Origin: a virus
Lineage: Duplodnaviria > Caudoviricetes
Reading direction: 5' to 3' (one strand)
Length of the DNA stretch: 56,046 nt
IMG/VR virus record: IMGVR_UViG_3300021226_000025
Span: 1 to 56,046 of that record
The position numbers and the translations under genes were made by a program. Below, piece after piece: positions 43,847 to 53,253 of the stretch (its first letter is position 1; every line of letters begins with the position of its first letter). The notes below the pieces were generated by a model. It saw nothing but the letters and a program-made list of their open reading frames with translations. It searched no databases and had not been told where the DNA came from.

Positions 43847-45121
43847 TTAGTTGAGTTGGTTTTCGTTAAGTCCGTAACCGTTGTACGTGTACTCAACCGA
43901 CTCCGTGCGTATCGTATATACGATACCAGCATTGGGGTTAGTTGTCAGTACAAATTCACCGTTTACAAGGGGTTGGTGTACCAAGTGAGAGTTAATTGTA
44001 CCGAGTGTCCACTGGTACGTAAACTTCTCATCAGAGGCAAAAGCAATGTCATACAACGGCGTTGTTACGCCCGGTATGAGTAGTATCGAAACCGAGTCCA
44101 CCGCAGTAGCGGAATCAGTCAATACTTGTGCGTAATTAACTACAACAGAATCAGATGCTGTAACTGTATCTGTCGTTGTTTTGTTCTGCGCAAAGACAGA
44201 TGTATCCGCAACAGTAACTGGGTCTGGGTCAGCATCCGCATCGTTGCGGTCATAGTCCACCATCTCGCTGAAGTCTTTGTAGACCACATCGGTCATGGTG
44301 ACTGAATCAGTCAGTACCTGTGCAATATTGAGCGCAGTTGCATCGCTTGCAGTAACTGTGTCACTAGGGTTTACACCTATATCAAATGAGTTCAGCGCGT
44401 CCGTTGCAGTAACTGTCTCTGTCTTAGCAAGGTCAGCCTGCACTGCAACAGAATCAGAAGCCGTGACGGTTTCGGCAATGTTGCCTTTATTTACGTTAAT
44501 GGCTGCTGCTTCTACCATTGACACACTATCAGCAACAACTTTAGACGCGTCAAACACAGGGGACGCGTCGGACGCCGTAGCCGTGTCAGTCAGGGCTTTA
44601 CCAACATCTTTGGTGTTGACTGTATCTGCCGCAGTAACGGTATCAGTAGTTGTCTTATTCTGTGCAAACACAGGCGCAGAATCAGATGCCGTAGCAGAAT
44701 CAGTTAGGGTTTTCCCTATACTACGGGTAGATGTGTCGGACGCAGTAACTGGGTCTGGGTCAACGTCAGCATCATTGCGGTCATAGTCAACAACCTCAGT
44801 GACATCTTTGTAGACCACATCATAAATCGTGACCGAATCGGACAGCACAAGTCCGGGTTCAAGTGCAATCTGCTCTGTTGACTCAACTGAGTCGGTAGGG
44901 TCAGTAACTGCTTTATCGAGCGTAAGAGTGCGGAAGTCAGACATCAAAACTGTCTGTTCTTCCAAGTACTCCATCGGTACAACAAACGCACTGATTTGGA
45001 TGTTCTGCTGCGGACGAGCCGTAACAGTCGCGCCGCCAGCAGCCGACACACCGATAGCCACGGTCGAAACCGCAGCCACCAATGAGGTAGTCAGTGCATA
45101 GGAGACACGAATATTAGCCAT
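43847..45121 (-). CDS. Acidic repeat-rich virion protein
   Basis: ~20-aa D-(S/T)-(V/A)-T-A-S-D repeats. Confidence 0.8.
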   Translation of the reverse strand: MANIRVSYALTTSLVAAVSTVAIGVSAAGGATVTARPQQNIQISAFVVPMEYLEEQTVLMSDFRTLTLDKAVTDPTDSVESTEQIALEPGLVLSDSVTIYDVVYKDVTEVVDYDRNDADVDPDPVTASDTSTRSIGKTLTDSATASDSAPVFAQNKTTTDTVTAADTVNTKDVGKALTDTATASDASPVFDASKVVADSVSMVEAAAINVNKGNIAETVTASDSVAVQADLAKTETVTATDALNSFDIGVNPSDTVTASDATALNIAQVLTDSVTMTDVVYKDFSEMVDYDRNDADADPDPVTVADTSVFAQNKTTTDTVTASDSVVVNYAQVLTDSATAVDSVSILLIPGVTTPLYDIAFASDEKFTYQWTLGTINSHLVHQPLVNGEFVLTTNPNAGIVYTIRTESVEYTYNGYGLNENQLN

Positions 45122-45456
45122 TAGAAGTTGTCCCTCACTGTAAAGCGCAAGGTCTCAAACACAGTTTGAATATCCCCGTTAAAACTAATTGCGACTTCGC
45201 CTTCATACATGCCGGGGTCTACGTCAAGTACACCACCAGAAAAACCAAACTGTACCTGTCCAGTTGTGCCGCCACTCAACTTGGTGCAAGTTATTGTGGA
45301 TAGAAGTGTAGTTGTACCAGCCTTGCGGAATTTAACCGTAACCACAGTCGTAGAGAGTGACAAGTCAATGGGCGTACCAGTGATGTCGTCCGTCAGCGTA
45401 AGGACAATAAGCGGCTTTTCGTCGCCTGCTACTAATCGGATGACATCTGCTGCCAT
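45121..45456 (-). CDS. Ig-like (BppU N-terminal-like) structural protein
   Basis: GD...PIDLS...G.Y.GEV...TVR. Confidence 0.65.
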   Translation of the reverse strand: MAADVIRLVAGDEKPLIVLTLTDDITGTPIDLSLSTTVVTVKFRKAGTTTLLSTITCTKLSGGTTGQVQFGFSGGVLDVDPGMYEGEVAISFNGDIQTVFETLRFTVRDNF

Positions 45457-45463
45457 ATGAACC

Positions 45464-46117
45464 TCATGCGAATGGGCGCATCTGCACTGACATCGAGGCT
45501 CGACCTGCGCCTAGATTCGCCCGTGCTCTACGCTCTACGGTTTTAGATAAGTACTGCTTGGAATGATACGCCGCCAACTCGCGGTCTGACCAATTCTTGT
45601 TTGGCAGTACAAGTAAATGTTGCAGTGCACCGTGCATGATGACGTTTTCTAAATCATCAAAGACAGTCTTATCCATACCTGTGGCAGAACGGATGGGCTT
45701 CAGAGCCACAATCATGGCAAGGTCATAACTGACTGAGGCGTCAGGAATGGGGGCCAACGCAAAGTTGTCTGCGTCCAACTGGAATACATATCGTGGGTCG
45801 GACTGCTTGGCAGGGTCAGTGCTAGGCCAATCAGGGTACTGCCTATGGACATCCTCAAGCGTTGCAGGTTCAATTCTTTCTCCGTTGACGGAGACAGTCA
45901 GGAACGCATGAACCTCAGCCTGTGAGGGATTGGTGTAAGGATATTCATAGACACCCGGAGTCAACCGGATGGTGGGTTGCTGATACCGCCATGCCAGCGT
46001 GCGTTCGCACACCTCGATGGCTGCATCACGAACATATTGCTCTATGACAGGCTGCGGGCATCCGGGCACACTCGGTGTCAATCGTTGAGCGAGAGAAAGG
46101 AATGTGCGGGTAGCCAT
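45464..46117 (-). CDS. Head-tail adaptor-like protein 2
   Basis: VPGCP...AAIEVCERT; position after capsid genes. Confidence 0.7.
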   Translation of the reverse strand: MATRTFLSLAQRLTPSVPGCPQPVIEQYVRDAAIEVCERTLAWRYQQPTIRLTPGVYEYPYTNPSQAEVHAFLTVSVNGERIEPATLEDVHRQYPDWPSTDPAKQSDPRYVFQLDADNFALAPIPDASVSYDLAMIVALKPIRSATGMDKTVFDDLENVIMHGALQHLLVLPNKNWSDRELAAYHSKQYLSKTVERRARANLGAGRASMSVQMRPFA

Positions 46118-46761
46118 TAAATCACCTGTTTAGGGTCAAGTCCGGCTTCCTCAGTATCGGTCAATGTCCGAGACTGAGCATTTACGCCGAGAGCCTGAGT
46201 AAAGGTTTGTTGGAACAACTGAGCACGGTTCGAGTTGACATGCTCGTTGTCTACGGATTCTGCCAAGAAGATAGTACCGTCAACAACGACGGGGAAGTAC
46301 GCATCAGGCAGCAAAGCCACATCTGCATCAGCGGCATAGTCAGGTGGGGTCTGAGCGTACTCAACGACCAGTACTTGACCAGTGGGGGCTTTAGGGTAGA
46401 TAAAGAAGCGATTGGGGTTGCGGACATGCCGCATCCAGTTAACACAGGCTCCAGCCGCATCATTCATCCAACCGGGGTAGGTCTCATCCAATGAATCGCG
46501 GCTTACCTCAGTCACACCTGCACCATCCTGAACTTGAAAAATTTCCATGATTCGGATGGAGTCGGCAGGTGCAGACTGAATCACCGCGCCCGCTGTACAG
46601 GTCACTGTGCCGATATACGCAAAGAGGTCAGGACGTAACACTGCCATGCGCTTCAACGCCTGATTGGCGAAGCCGAGCAAGTACGTATCGCTGTAACGAT
46701 ACGGAGCAGTATTGTCCTGAAGGACTCTGCGAACCTCAGTGATGACAGCGGACAGTTTCAT
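46117..46761 (-). CDS. Head-tail adaptor-like protein 1
   Basis: LQD...RYSD...N.A...RPD, FFIYP; position after capsid genes. Confidence 0.7.
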   Translation of the reverse strand: MKLSAVITEVRRVLQDNTAPYRYSDTYLLGFANQALKRMAVLRPDLFAYIGTVTCTAGAVIQSAPADSIRIMEIFQVQDGAGVTEVSRDSLDETYPGWMNDAAGACVNWMRHVRNPNRFFIYPKAPTGQVLVVEYAQTPPDYAADADVALLPDAYFPVVVDGTIFLAESVDNEHVNSNRAQLFQQTFTQALGVNAQSRTLTDTEEAGLDPKQVI

Positions 46762-46997
46762 TAGGGTAAATCCTTAGATGCGTCAGCGTTAATATCTTCG
46801 TTCACGTAGGCTGGCTCCTCGGGGATTTCTTCGGTTTCCAGTACCAAGCCAGTCTTGCGGCCTTTCTGTTTCTTAGGAACAAACTTCTCAGGGAAGGCTT
46901 CCTCCTCAGTCACTTCCTCGCACAGCGGATTCTCTGCAAGGATAGGGTTCCAGTCGTAGATGAATCCGTCTTTTTTGTTTCGTAGGTAACGTGCCAT
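46761..46997 (-). CDS. Hypothetical acidic protein
   Basis: AAGGAG RBS; TGATG coupling. Confidence 0.75.
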   Translation of the reverse strand: MARYLRNKKDGFIYDWNPILAENPLCEEVTEEEAFPEKFVPKKQKGRKTGLVLETEEIPEEPAYVNEDINADASKDLP

Positions 46998-47158
46998 CAA
47001 ACTCTCCTTTTTGCTACGTTCATATTATCGACCAAGTTGGGGTACTTACGCCCTGCTTTCTTAGCCGCCGCTTTAGCCTTTGCTTTCTGCTCAGGCGTCA
47101 AAGGCTTAGGCTTGCCTAACCCCTTTGGTCTTGGTTTATCCCAAACTTGCTGCGCCAT
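46997..47158 (-). CDS. 53-aa basic protein (not in ORF track)
   Basis: MAQQVWDKPRPK...AGRKYPNLVDNM; coupled at both ends. Confidence 0.75.
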   Translation of the reverse strand: MAQQVWDKPRPKGLGKPKPLTPEQKAKAKAAAKKAGRKYPNLVDNMNVAKRRV

Positions 47159-47517
47159 TAGTCGGCTCCTTCCTCACTAACCATATCGTAAGGTTTGGGT
47201 TCCCATGCTTGACACACGCGCAAGTTATGACAAATAAAATCAAACTTGTGACACCAACCTCGCCCGCCACCATCTTTATCCAACTCATTGATGGGGATAG
47301 ATTCCATCTCTTTGAGTTTCTCAACTGTATTGTCAAAGTACTCGCAGTTGGCACAAAACCTACGGCGTGCTTCTTCCTCTGGGATGTTCCAAATCTTAGC
47401 AATCTTAGACCAGAACGCTTTGTTTGCATACTTGTCTACGGATGTCCGTGTTGGCCCAAGACACCAGTCGCGGACTAGACGGTGGACAACCTGCATATTT
47501 TCTTGTGCGCTTATCAT
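47158..47517 (-). CDS. Cys-rich hypothetical protein
   Basis: CANC...C...C...C; TAATG coupling. Confidence 0.75.
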   Translation of the reverse strand: MISAQENMQVVHRLVRDWCLGPTRTSVDKYANKAFWSKIAKIWNIPEEEARRRFCANCEYFDNTVEKLKEMESIPINELDKDGGGRGWCHKFDFICHNLRVCQAWEPKPYDMVSEEGAD

Positions 47518-47798
47518 TACCACTTCACCTTATCTGCCCAGTAAGCCGCAGACATTTTGCCCTTGGCGATATTCTTTGCGTGTCGTGCTTCAAAACTTCT
47601 TTTACGGGCTTTCTCTTTCTCCGTAGTTGGATGAGCACCAGCACCTTGTACACCTTGCTGCCCAAAGCGAATGGTCTTTACCTCAGTGCCAGACTTTGCC
47701 ACAACAACGTGGCTTTTTGTAGGGTGGTTAGGAGTGCGCTTGGGCTGGTTGTAGCCTGACACACCTGCTCGCTCTAGTCGTGGGTCTTTGGTAGCCAT
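47517..47798 (-). CDS. Basic conserved phage protein
   Basis: KSHVV...IRFGQQG...SFEARH...SAAYWA. Confidence 0.8.
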   Translation of the reverse strand: MATKDPRLERAGVSGYNQPKRTPNHPTKSHVVVAKSGTEVKTIRFGQQGVQGAGAHPTTEKEKARKRSFEARHAKNIAKGKMSAAYWADKVKW

Positions 47799-47800
47799 GA

Positions 47801-48085
47801 TTATTGGACAATGATTGCAGTGACTGACGTTGCGCCGCCAATGTCACAATAAATCCCGTTGGTAAAAATGATTCCACCCTCAGGAAGATTCCAAGTAACA
47901 ATACCTTGTTTACTGGTATCGAGTTCGAGTCTCACAGTACCAGAGTTCGTCGTATTGTCATAAAAATTGATATGACTCAACGCACCTCCAGAAGTGGTAT
48001 ACATAACGCCGATGAGCCGCGCAGGCCCAGTATTCATCAATACATTAGCGTTTGTGTGTATTGCTTGTGGTTCACGTTTTGCCAT
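47801..48085 (-). CDS. Small beta-rich virion protein
   Basis: AGGAG RBS; GIIFTNGIY. Confidence 0.75.
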   Translation of the reverse strand: MAKREPQAIHTNANVLMNTGPARLIGVMYTTSGGALSHINFYDNTTNSGTVRLELDTSKQGIVTWNLPEGGIIFTNGIYCDIGGATSVTAIIVQ

Positions 48086-48099
48086 ATTGTTCTCCTAGA

Positions 48100-48126
48100 G
48101 AAAGGGGGGCCTAAGCCCCCCGTTTC
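48100..48126 (-). terminator. Terminator after capsid/decoration genes
   Basis: GGGGGGC-TTAG-GCCCCCC-TTTC on the minus strand. Confidence 0.7.
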
Positions 48127-48600
48127 TTAGTTGATGTCTGTCAACACTGCAAAAACACGTACAACAGCAGCGGCTGGCACAGCAGTGCCAATCGTGATGT
48201 CGATAGTGTCAGCCGCAGCGTACACCTTGCCACCACTCAAGGTAGGAGCAAATGCACCAGCAGACAGGACAGGAACACCACCGGAAATACCAGTTGCGTT
48301 TGCTGAAGTTGCAGCCAAGTAACCAGTAGCGGCAGTGCCGTCACCGATTGCAATGGTACTGGTAACACCAGCGGCGGTAGTGACCTGCATACCTACGTTA
48401 GACACAATAGTGCCAGCAGGTACAGGAATCACTTCCAACACATCACTAGCAGCCAGTGCAGTAGCACCAGCAGCAGCGCGTGCCGCAATGATTTTCGGGA
48501 AGTCAAGAGTAATCTCCACACGATGACACTTGTTCAAAGCATCAGATGGGAGGGCGGCTGAGCCTTTGTTAAAGCCCAGAGAGTCGGTATATGTAGCCAT
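48127..48600 (-). CDS. Capsid decoration/cement protein
   Basis: Ala/Thr/Val-rich; directly after MCP and before a terminator. Confidence 0.7.
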   Translation of the reverse strand: MATYTDSLGFNKGSAALPSDALNKCHRVEITLDFPKIIAARAAAGATALAASDVLEVIPVPAGTIVSNVGMQVTTAAGVTSTIAIGDGTAATGYLAATSANATGISGGVPVLSAGAFAPTLSGGKVYAAADTIDITIGTAVPAAAVVRVFAVLTDIN

Positions 48601-48626
48601 GTTACAAATCTCCTAGTTAATGTTGA

Positions 48627-49535
48627 TTAAGCCAAAGTAACGACGCCTTGGGCAAGTGCCTCAGGCTTCACAACTTTGTAACCGTACACTTGGAGACCAC
48701 GAACGATGTTACCGAAGGTAGACTCAGAGCGGATGGTTTCCATTTCAGTCATTTGAGAGGCAAAAGTGAAGCCCATCTTGTGACCAGCAATGAGACTGAA
48801 CTTACCGCTAGACACGGACAAGTTGTGGCTCATGTAGATGGTGAAACGGTCAATCATGCCCAAACGACCATTACGGATAACAGACATGCTGTCACCAGTA
48901 ATAGAAGCATCCTTCAGGTCAGATTTCTTAATCATACCTGCCATCTTTGCAGGGACAACCAAGAAGCGACCAGCCTCAGGTGCATTGGCTTCGTCCAACA
49001 CAGTACCCATGTCAACGATGTAATCCAACACGTTGGACTTAGTAATCGCCACAGGAGTACCAGTAGAGCCGAGGTCAATGTTGCCAGTGATACGACCAGC
49101 AGTGTTACCTTTGTTCAAAGAAGAAATATCAGGCAACAGGTCGGTCAACACACGTTGGTCAATCTTAATCTTCATACGCTCAGAAGCGTCTTTAGACCAA
49201 GTGTCCATTAAGTTGATGTCAGCCTGAACTTTGTCCACATCATCTTCGATACAAGAGAAGTACTCGCCCTTGTCGATGAGCAGTTGCAGTTTAGGTTTGT
49301 CAGGGTTCTCTACTTGTAGAGTTTGACCCTTGGTGTACGTACGGATGGTAATTTCAGGGGTAGTACGGATATTGACCGTATCACCGTACTGACGAATCTC
49401 ACCTTCGTAGTCAGTGTTAGAGATTGCTGCGAGCACGGTGGCGTCGTAGAAATTCTCAATCAGTTTGCCCGACCAAATCTCGGGGATGAAATTGCCCGAA
49501 TACTGTGGGCGACCAGCGGCGTTAGGAAATGCCAT
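48627..49535 (-). CDS. Major capsid protein (P22-like coat)
   Basis: FIPEIWS, DYEGEI...GDTVNI, VRGLQVYG.KV; follows scaffold gene. Confidence 0.9.
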   Translation of the reverse strand: MAFPNAAGRPQYSGNFIPEIWSGKLIENFYDATVLAAISNTDYEGEIRQYGDTVNIRTTPEITIRTYTKGQTLQVENPDKPKLQLLIDKGEYFSCIEDDVDKVQADINLMDTWSKDASERMKIKIDQRVLTDLLPDISSLNKGNTAGRITGNIDLGSTGTPVAITKSNVLDYIVDMGTVLDEANAPEAGRFLVVPAKMAGMIKKSDLKDASITGDSMSVIRNGRLGMIDRFTIYMSHNLSVSSGKFSLIAGHKMGFTFASQMTEMETIRSESTFGNIVRGLQVYGYKVVKPEALAQGVVTLA

Positions 49536-49551
49536 GATGAAACTCCTCTAA

Positions 49552-50589
49552 TCAAGCGTTAACAAGTATGCGACCTTCTCGCTGTGCAGCGAAAATGTCA
49601 CGTTCGATTCGGTCACGCTCTGCCTCACGCCCTTTGTATTTGCCAGACCGGACATCGTTGAAAAAGGTTTTGATGTCATCTGACGAATAGTTCTTGGCGC
49701 TTGTTCCTGTGGGAGTACCAGTATTGCGGGAACGACCCGGCGCTACTTGTTTCTCCAACTCGGAAGCAGTCGCTTGCCGACGGTTTGTTTGAGCAACATT
49801 GGCTTGTCCAGTCAACTCAAGCCAAGATTTGAAGAAGTTACCAACACGGAATACATCAAGACTCTTTTGCGCATCTTCTAGGATGGTTTGACGAGTCACA
49901 CCAGTCAGCGGGTCTACTTGCAATAACCAAGACTGGAAGTCAGGGTTGTCGTTGATTCCACGCCAATCAGGTACGAAGTCCGTCAACTGCGCCCAGAATT
50001 GCTGCTCTGAAGATACGGCTTGGCGATGAGCCAAGTTTTGCACCTGCGGAACAACATTCGCTTGTAGTTGTTGGATAAACTTCTCCAGTTGAACAATCTT
50101 CTGCGCGACTGGGATGAGTTCTTCACGAGTCACACGACGCATAACGTCAAGCGATTCGCCGTACTCCTCTTGGTCGCGGTCGGTAATCAAAGGCGCATCA
50201 GCGACTTGATTGGCCCGATTAGACTGTTGGGCTGACATCGTTGCCAACAACTGCTCCATGCTCTGTAAACGTGTCTGGAGTTCTTTGTTCTGGCTATGCA
50301 GACGCGGAACTTCAGCGTTGTACATCCCTTGGAGGGTCTTGTATTTCTGTGTGAGGGTATTGTCCTCAGAACCTTTGTCATCACCTGCTGTTTGCTCATT
50401 GACAGATGACTGAGTAGCATCGTTCGGTGCAGAGTTCTCGTCGGCGGTCTGGTGTTGTTCGGTAGACGACGCATTGCCATCGGCGGGAGGAGTAGTGCCC
50501 TCTGCGCCCTTGTTGTCATCACCGTTGATTTGCTTGTACAACTCCTGTACTGCCTCGGTCTGTTTGCGAATTTGCTCTGGAAGTGCCAT
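49552..50589 (-). CDS. Scaffolding protein
   Basis: Acidic coiled-coil; C-terminal AQREGRI; precedes MCP. Confidence 0.85.
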   Translation of the reverse strand: MALPEQIRKQTEAVQELYKQINGDDNKGAEGTTPPADGNASSTEQHQTADENSAPNDATQSSVNEQTAGDDKGSEDNTLTQKYKTLQGMYNAEVPRLHSQNKELQTRLQSMEQLLATMSAQQSNRANQVADAPLITDRDQEEYGESLDVMRRVTREELIPVAQKIVQLEKFIQQLQANVVPQVQNLAHRQAVSSEQQFWAQLTDFVPDWRGINDNPDFQSWLLQVDPLTGVTRQTILEDAQKSLDVFRVGNFFKSWLELTGQANVAQTNRRQATASELEKQVAPGRSRNTGTPTGTSAKNYSSDDIKTFFNDVRSGKYKGREAERDRIERDIFAAQREGRILVNA

Positions 50590-50629
50590 GATTAAACGCT
50601 CCTATCGGTATGCGTGATTAGACGGCGAG

Positions 50630-50848
50630 TCATTTGGACTTTGCCGCTAGTTCAGGGGACTCTTTGGCGAACTTATACAGTTCACCCAACACTTGACACC
50701 GCCCCTGCGAAAGTGCCATGTTGTTTATCGCGTGAGGTAGTTGCTCTAACTCATGTGTCCGCCATGTCTGTATCCAGTCCAAAAGTTCTGGATACTGGCG
50801 AATACATGCGCCAAGAGCGTGAACTACTTTGAGGTCGGGCTTTATCAT
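50630..50848 (-). CDS. Small portal-adjacent protein
   Basis: ATGA overlap with portal; QGR motif. Confidence 0.75.
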   Translation of the reverse strand: MIKPDLKVVHALGACIRQYPELLDWIQTWRTHELEQLPHAINNMALSQGRCQVLGELYKFAKESPELAAKSK

Positions 50849-52905
50849 GCCGCTCTCCCGCTCACACGATTACTGACTGTGTTGCCCTCCATCCCACCTT
50901 TGGGCGAGCCATCTGGGAGTTGCGGTGCGCCACCTTGAGGGGGTTGCTGTTGTGCAGCAACGGCCTCTGCTTGAGACCTAAGACGCGCCACATACCCGGC
51001 TTTTTCCCGAGATGGGATGATGTCATCCACAGGCATTTGCAACCCTTTAGCGATTTCACGAAGAATCGCTGCCCTACCATCCTTGCCGACAATTTCCATA
51101 TCGACCTGATTGGCGGTTGCGTTGAGGAACTCGATACGGCGCACGTTGACAGTTTCTTTGACTGCCAAGTTAATTGCACCTTTGGCTTGCACTTGTGCAT
51201 CGCCTTTGATTGTTTCGTCCTCGTCATAGCGCATGTTGTACACGAACTGACGTTGGACAATAGGTTTGATTACATCGGCGTCGATGTGACCAACAACCTG
51301 ACGGATACCTTTACCTGCTGCGCCCATCAGCATGGACAAGCCAGATGATGTGCGACCAGCACCTTGTACGTTCAAGTCGCCGTACAGATACGCAGGGATA
51401 CCAGAGTGGTCATCAGCCATGCGTGAGAACTTGTCGTACACCGCCATCAGCGTCTGAGCATTGTCCTCAGGCTGAGTAAAGCGTACAGCAGGAGAACTCG
51501 AACCCATCGGGTCATTCGTAACCTGCCATATCTTCCAAGGGTGCATCTGTGTGATGTCCTCATTGGGGGGTATACGCTCAAGGTTTACTTCGACCTGCGG
51601 GCCAGACGAGATGCCCATGTTGTTAACGAGCGCACGTGCGGCTGCGTTACAAACATTCTGGATGTCCTCGATAATCTCTGGAATACCTTTACCCCAGAAC
51701 GCACCGGGGCACTTGATGAACGAAGTTTTTGCGTAAGGCTTCTCACCTAGAGGGTCATAGTTCAGAACTGCCTTGATGACATAGTTCCCAACCATCCAGA
51801 CGTTTGCATCGTACTCACGAGCATCGTCAGGAACTTCCTCCTCGCTCATGCCCCACTCAAGGAGCATCTTGCCAGATACCTTACCCCAAAACTCTAGTGC
51901 ATCAAACACTTCTGTGGGGCGCATGTAGGAGTAGAACTTGCGCTCTTGCTCCTCTTTGAGCAATTCAACGTCCTCACTAATCCATGAGGAGCCGTTACCT
52001 TCCGCAAGCACCTTGCGGATGGCATCTTCGTCGTATCCGGGCACACCAATCAGGTCTGCCAACTCCATACGAGTCAGAGGGTGGTGTTCAAACAGGTAGC
52101 CATCCTCAATCCGAGTGATACCCGGCTCAGGGTAGATACGATAAGGGTCTACGCGCTCGTATTCGGGGGCCAAAACCTCAGTTGGCTCTACCGTAGTACG
52201 CCCAGTAGCGTCCAATTTCCACCCCAACCTGCGTTGGCGGCGTACAACTGGGCCTTTTACGAAGGCACAAGGATAAGTTACGAGGTCAGTGATGAAATCG
52301 TTGAAGGAATCAGCCCATCCGCCCTGTGCGAACTGGTCTTGAATCTTCAATTTCATCTTATCCGCACGAGTTTGTGCGTCTTGCAGGATTCTGAAGCGGT
52401 AATCTTGGCTTACCATCTCCTTGACCTGCGACATTTCGTCTTGAGAGGGTGCTTGAGCGTTCTCTTGCACCATTTTCAACACCAAATTGGCGAAAATATC
52501 CTGAATTTCCTTGCGTTGGATGGGCGAAAGGTCAGGAATTGGGGTCGGAATGATGTCCCAAGGGGGTGTTCCGGTGTCCAAAAGGATGTCACGGAGCCAA
52601 GATTCCGCTGCGCGGCACTTGACTTCGGTAATCATCATGTAAATGTCAGAGCCGCCCTGACTTCTAATCTGCTTTAACTTGTCGGCTTCGTACTCTCCGT
52701 TGCGTTGGCGCAGCGCCATGAGCATTTTCTGCTCGATTGGCTTCTTTGCCTGCTGTGCAACGTCCCAACATCCACGCAAATAGGCAGCAAGACCGAGAAT
52801 CATCGGCTGATTTTGACGTTCAGCCAATGCTTTATCCGCAGCCTCTTGCTCTTGCCGAGCAATATCTGTGTTGCTTACTACGCGTAGGAAGTTAAGTCCA
52901 GCCAT
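50845..52905 (-). CDS. Portal protein
   Basis: 686 aa, between TerL and scaffold; RTSSGLSMLM motif, Q/P-rich tail. Confidence 0.9.
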   Translation of the reverse strand: MAGLNFLRVVSNTDIARQEQEAADKALAERQNQPMILGLAAYLRGCWDVAQQAKKPIEQKMLMALRQRNGEYEADKLKQIRSQGGSDIYMMITEVKCRAAESWLRDILLDTGTPPWDIIPTPIPDLSPIQRKEIQDIFANLVLKMVQENAQAPSQDEMSQVKEMVSQDYRFRILQDAQTRADKMKLKIQDQFAQGGWADSFNDFITDLVTYPCAFVKGPVVRRQRRLGWKLDATGRTTVEPTEVLAPEYERVDPYRIYPEPGITRIEDGYLFEHHPLTRMELADLIGVPGYDEDAIRKVLAEGNGSSWISEDVELLKEEQERKFYSYMRPTEVFDALEFWGKVSGKMLLEWGMSEEEVPDDAREYDANVWMVGNYVIKAVLNYDPLGEKPYAKTSFIKCPGAFWGKGIPEIIEDIQNVCNAAARALVNNMGISSGPQVEVNLERIPPNEDITQMHPWKIWQVTNDPMGSSSPAVRFTQPEDNAQTLMAVYDKFSRMADDHSGIPAYLYGDLNVQGAGRTSSGLSMLMGAAGKGIRQVVGHIDADVIKPIVQRQFVYNMRYDEDETIKGDAQVQAKGAINLAVKETVNVRRIEFLNATANQVDMEIVGKDGRAAILREIAKGLQMPVDDIIPSREKAGYVARLRSQAEAVAAQQQPPQGGAPQLPDGSPKGGMEGNTVSNRVSGRAA

Positions 52906-52907
52906 TG

Positions 52908-53096
52908 TCAGTCATCCATCTCTGGTTTCTTACTGGTTTTCTTCTCGTGTTCTTCCATGATGTCGTCAATCGTCATCACGGGGGGTTTCCACTCGATAGG
53001 CTCGTATGTCTTAGGCTTGCCAGCCATACCACTGGTGTCCATCTTCGGGTTATCCGACAGGACTGTAAATGGTTTCGCCTTCTGATTTACCTTCAT
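52908..53096 (-). CDS. 62-aa hypothetical protein
   Basis: AGGAGG RBS before ATG 53096. Confidence 0.75.
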   Translation of the reverse strand: MKVNQKAKPFTVLSDNPKMDTSGMAGKPKTYEPIEWKPPVMTIDDIMEEHEKKTSKKPEMDD

Positions 53097-53129
53097 GTTA
53101 CCCCTCCTCCTACTATATATTGTAGGTTG

Positions 53130-53158
53130 GTTATAGCAACAAGTATACAGGCAGTCAA
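53130..53158 (-). promoter_or_regulatory. sigma70 promoter of the structural operon
   Basis: TTGACT-N17-TATAAC with extended -10 TG. Confidence 0.7.
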
Positions 53159-53160
53159 GG

Positions 53161-53192
53161 AAAAAAAGAACCCCGTGGTTTGCCCACGGGGT
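53161..53192 (-). terminator. Terminator after terL
   Basis: ACCCCGTGG/CCACGGGGT stem followed by TCTTTTTTT. Confidence 0.85.
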
Positions 53193-53253
53193 AGAACGGC
53201 GTGAAGGAGATTCAGCCGAGGTGACAACTGCATGTAGCAGTACGGCAAGTATA

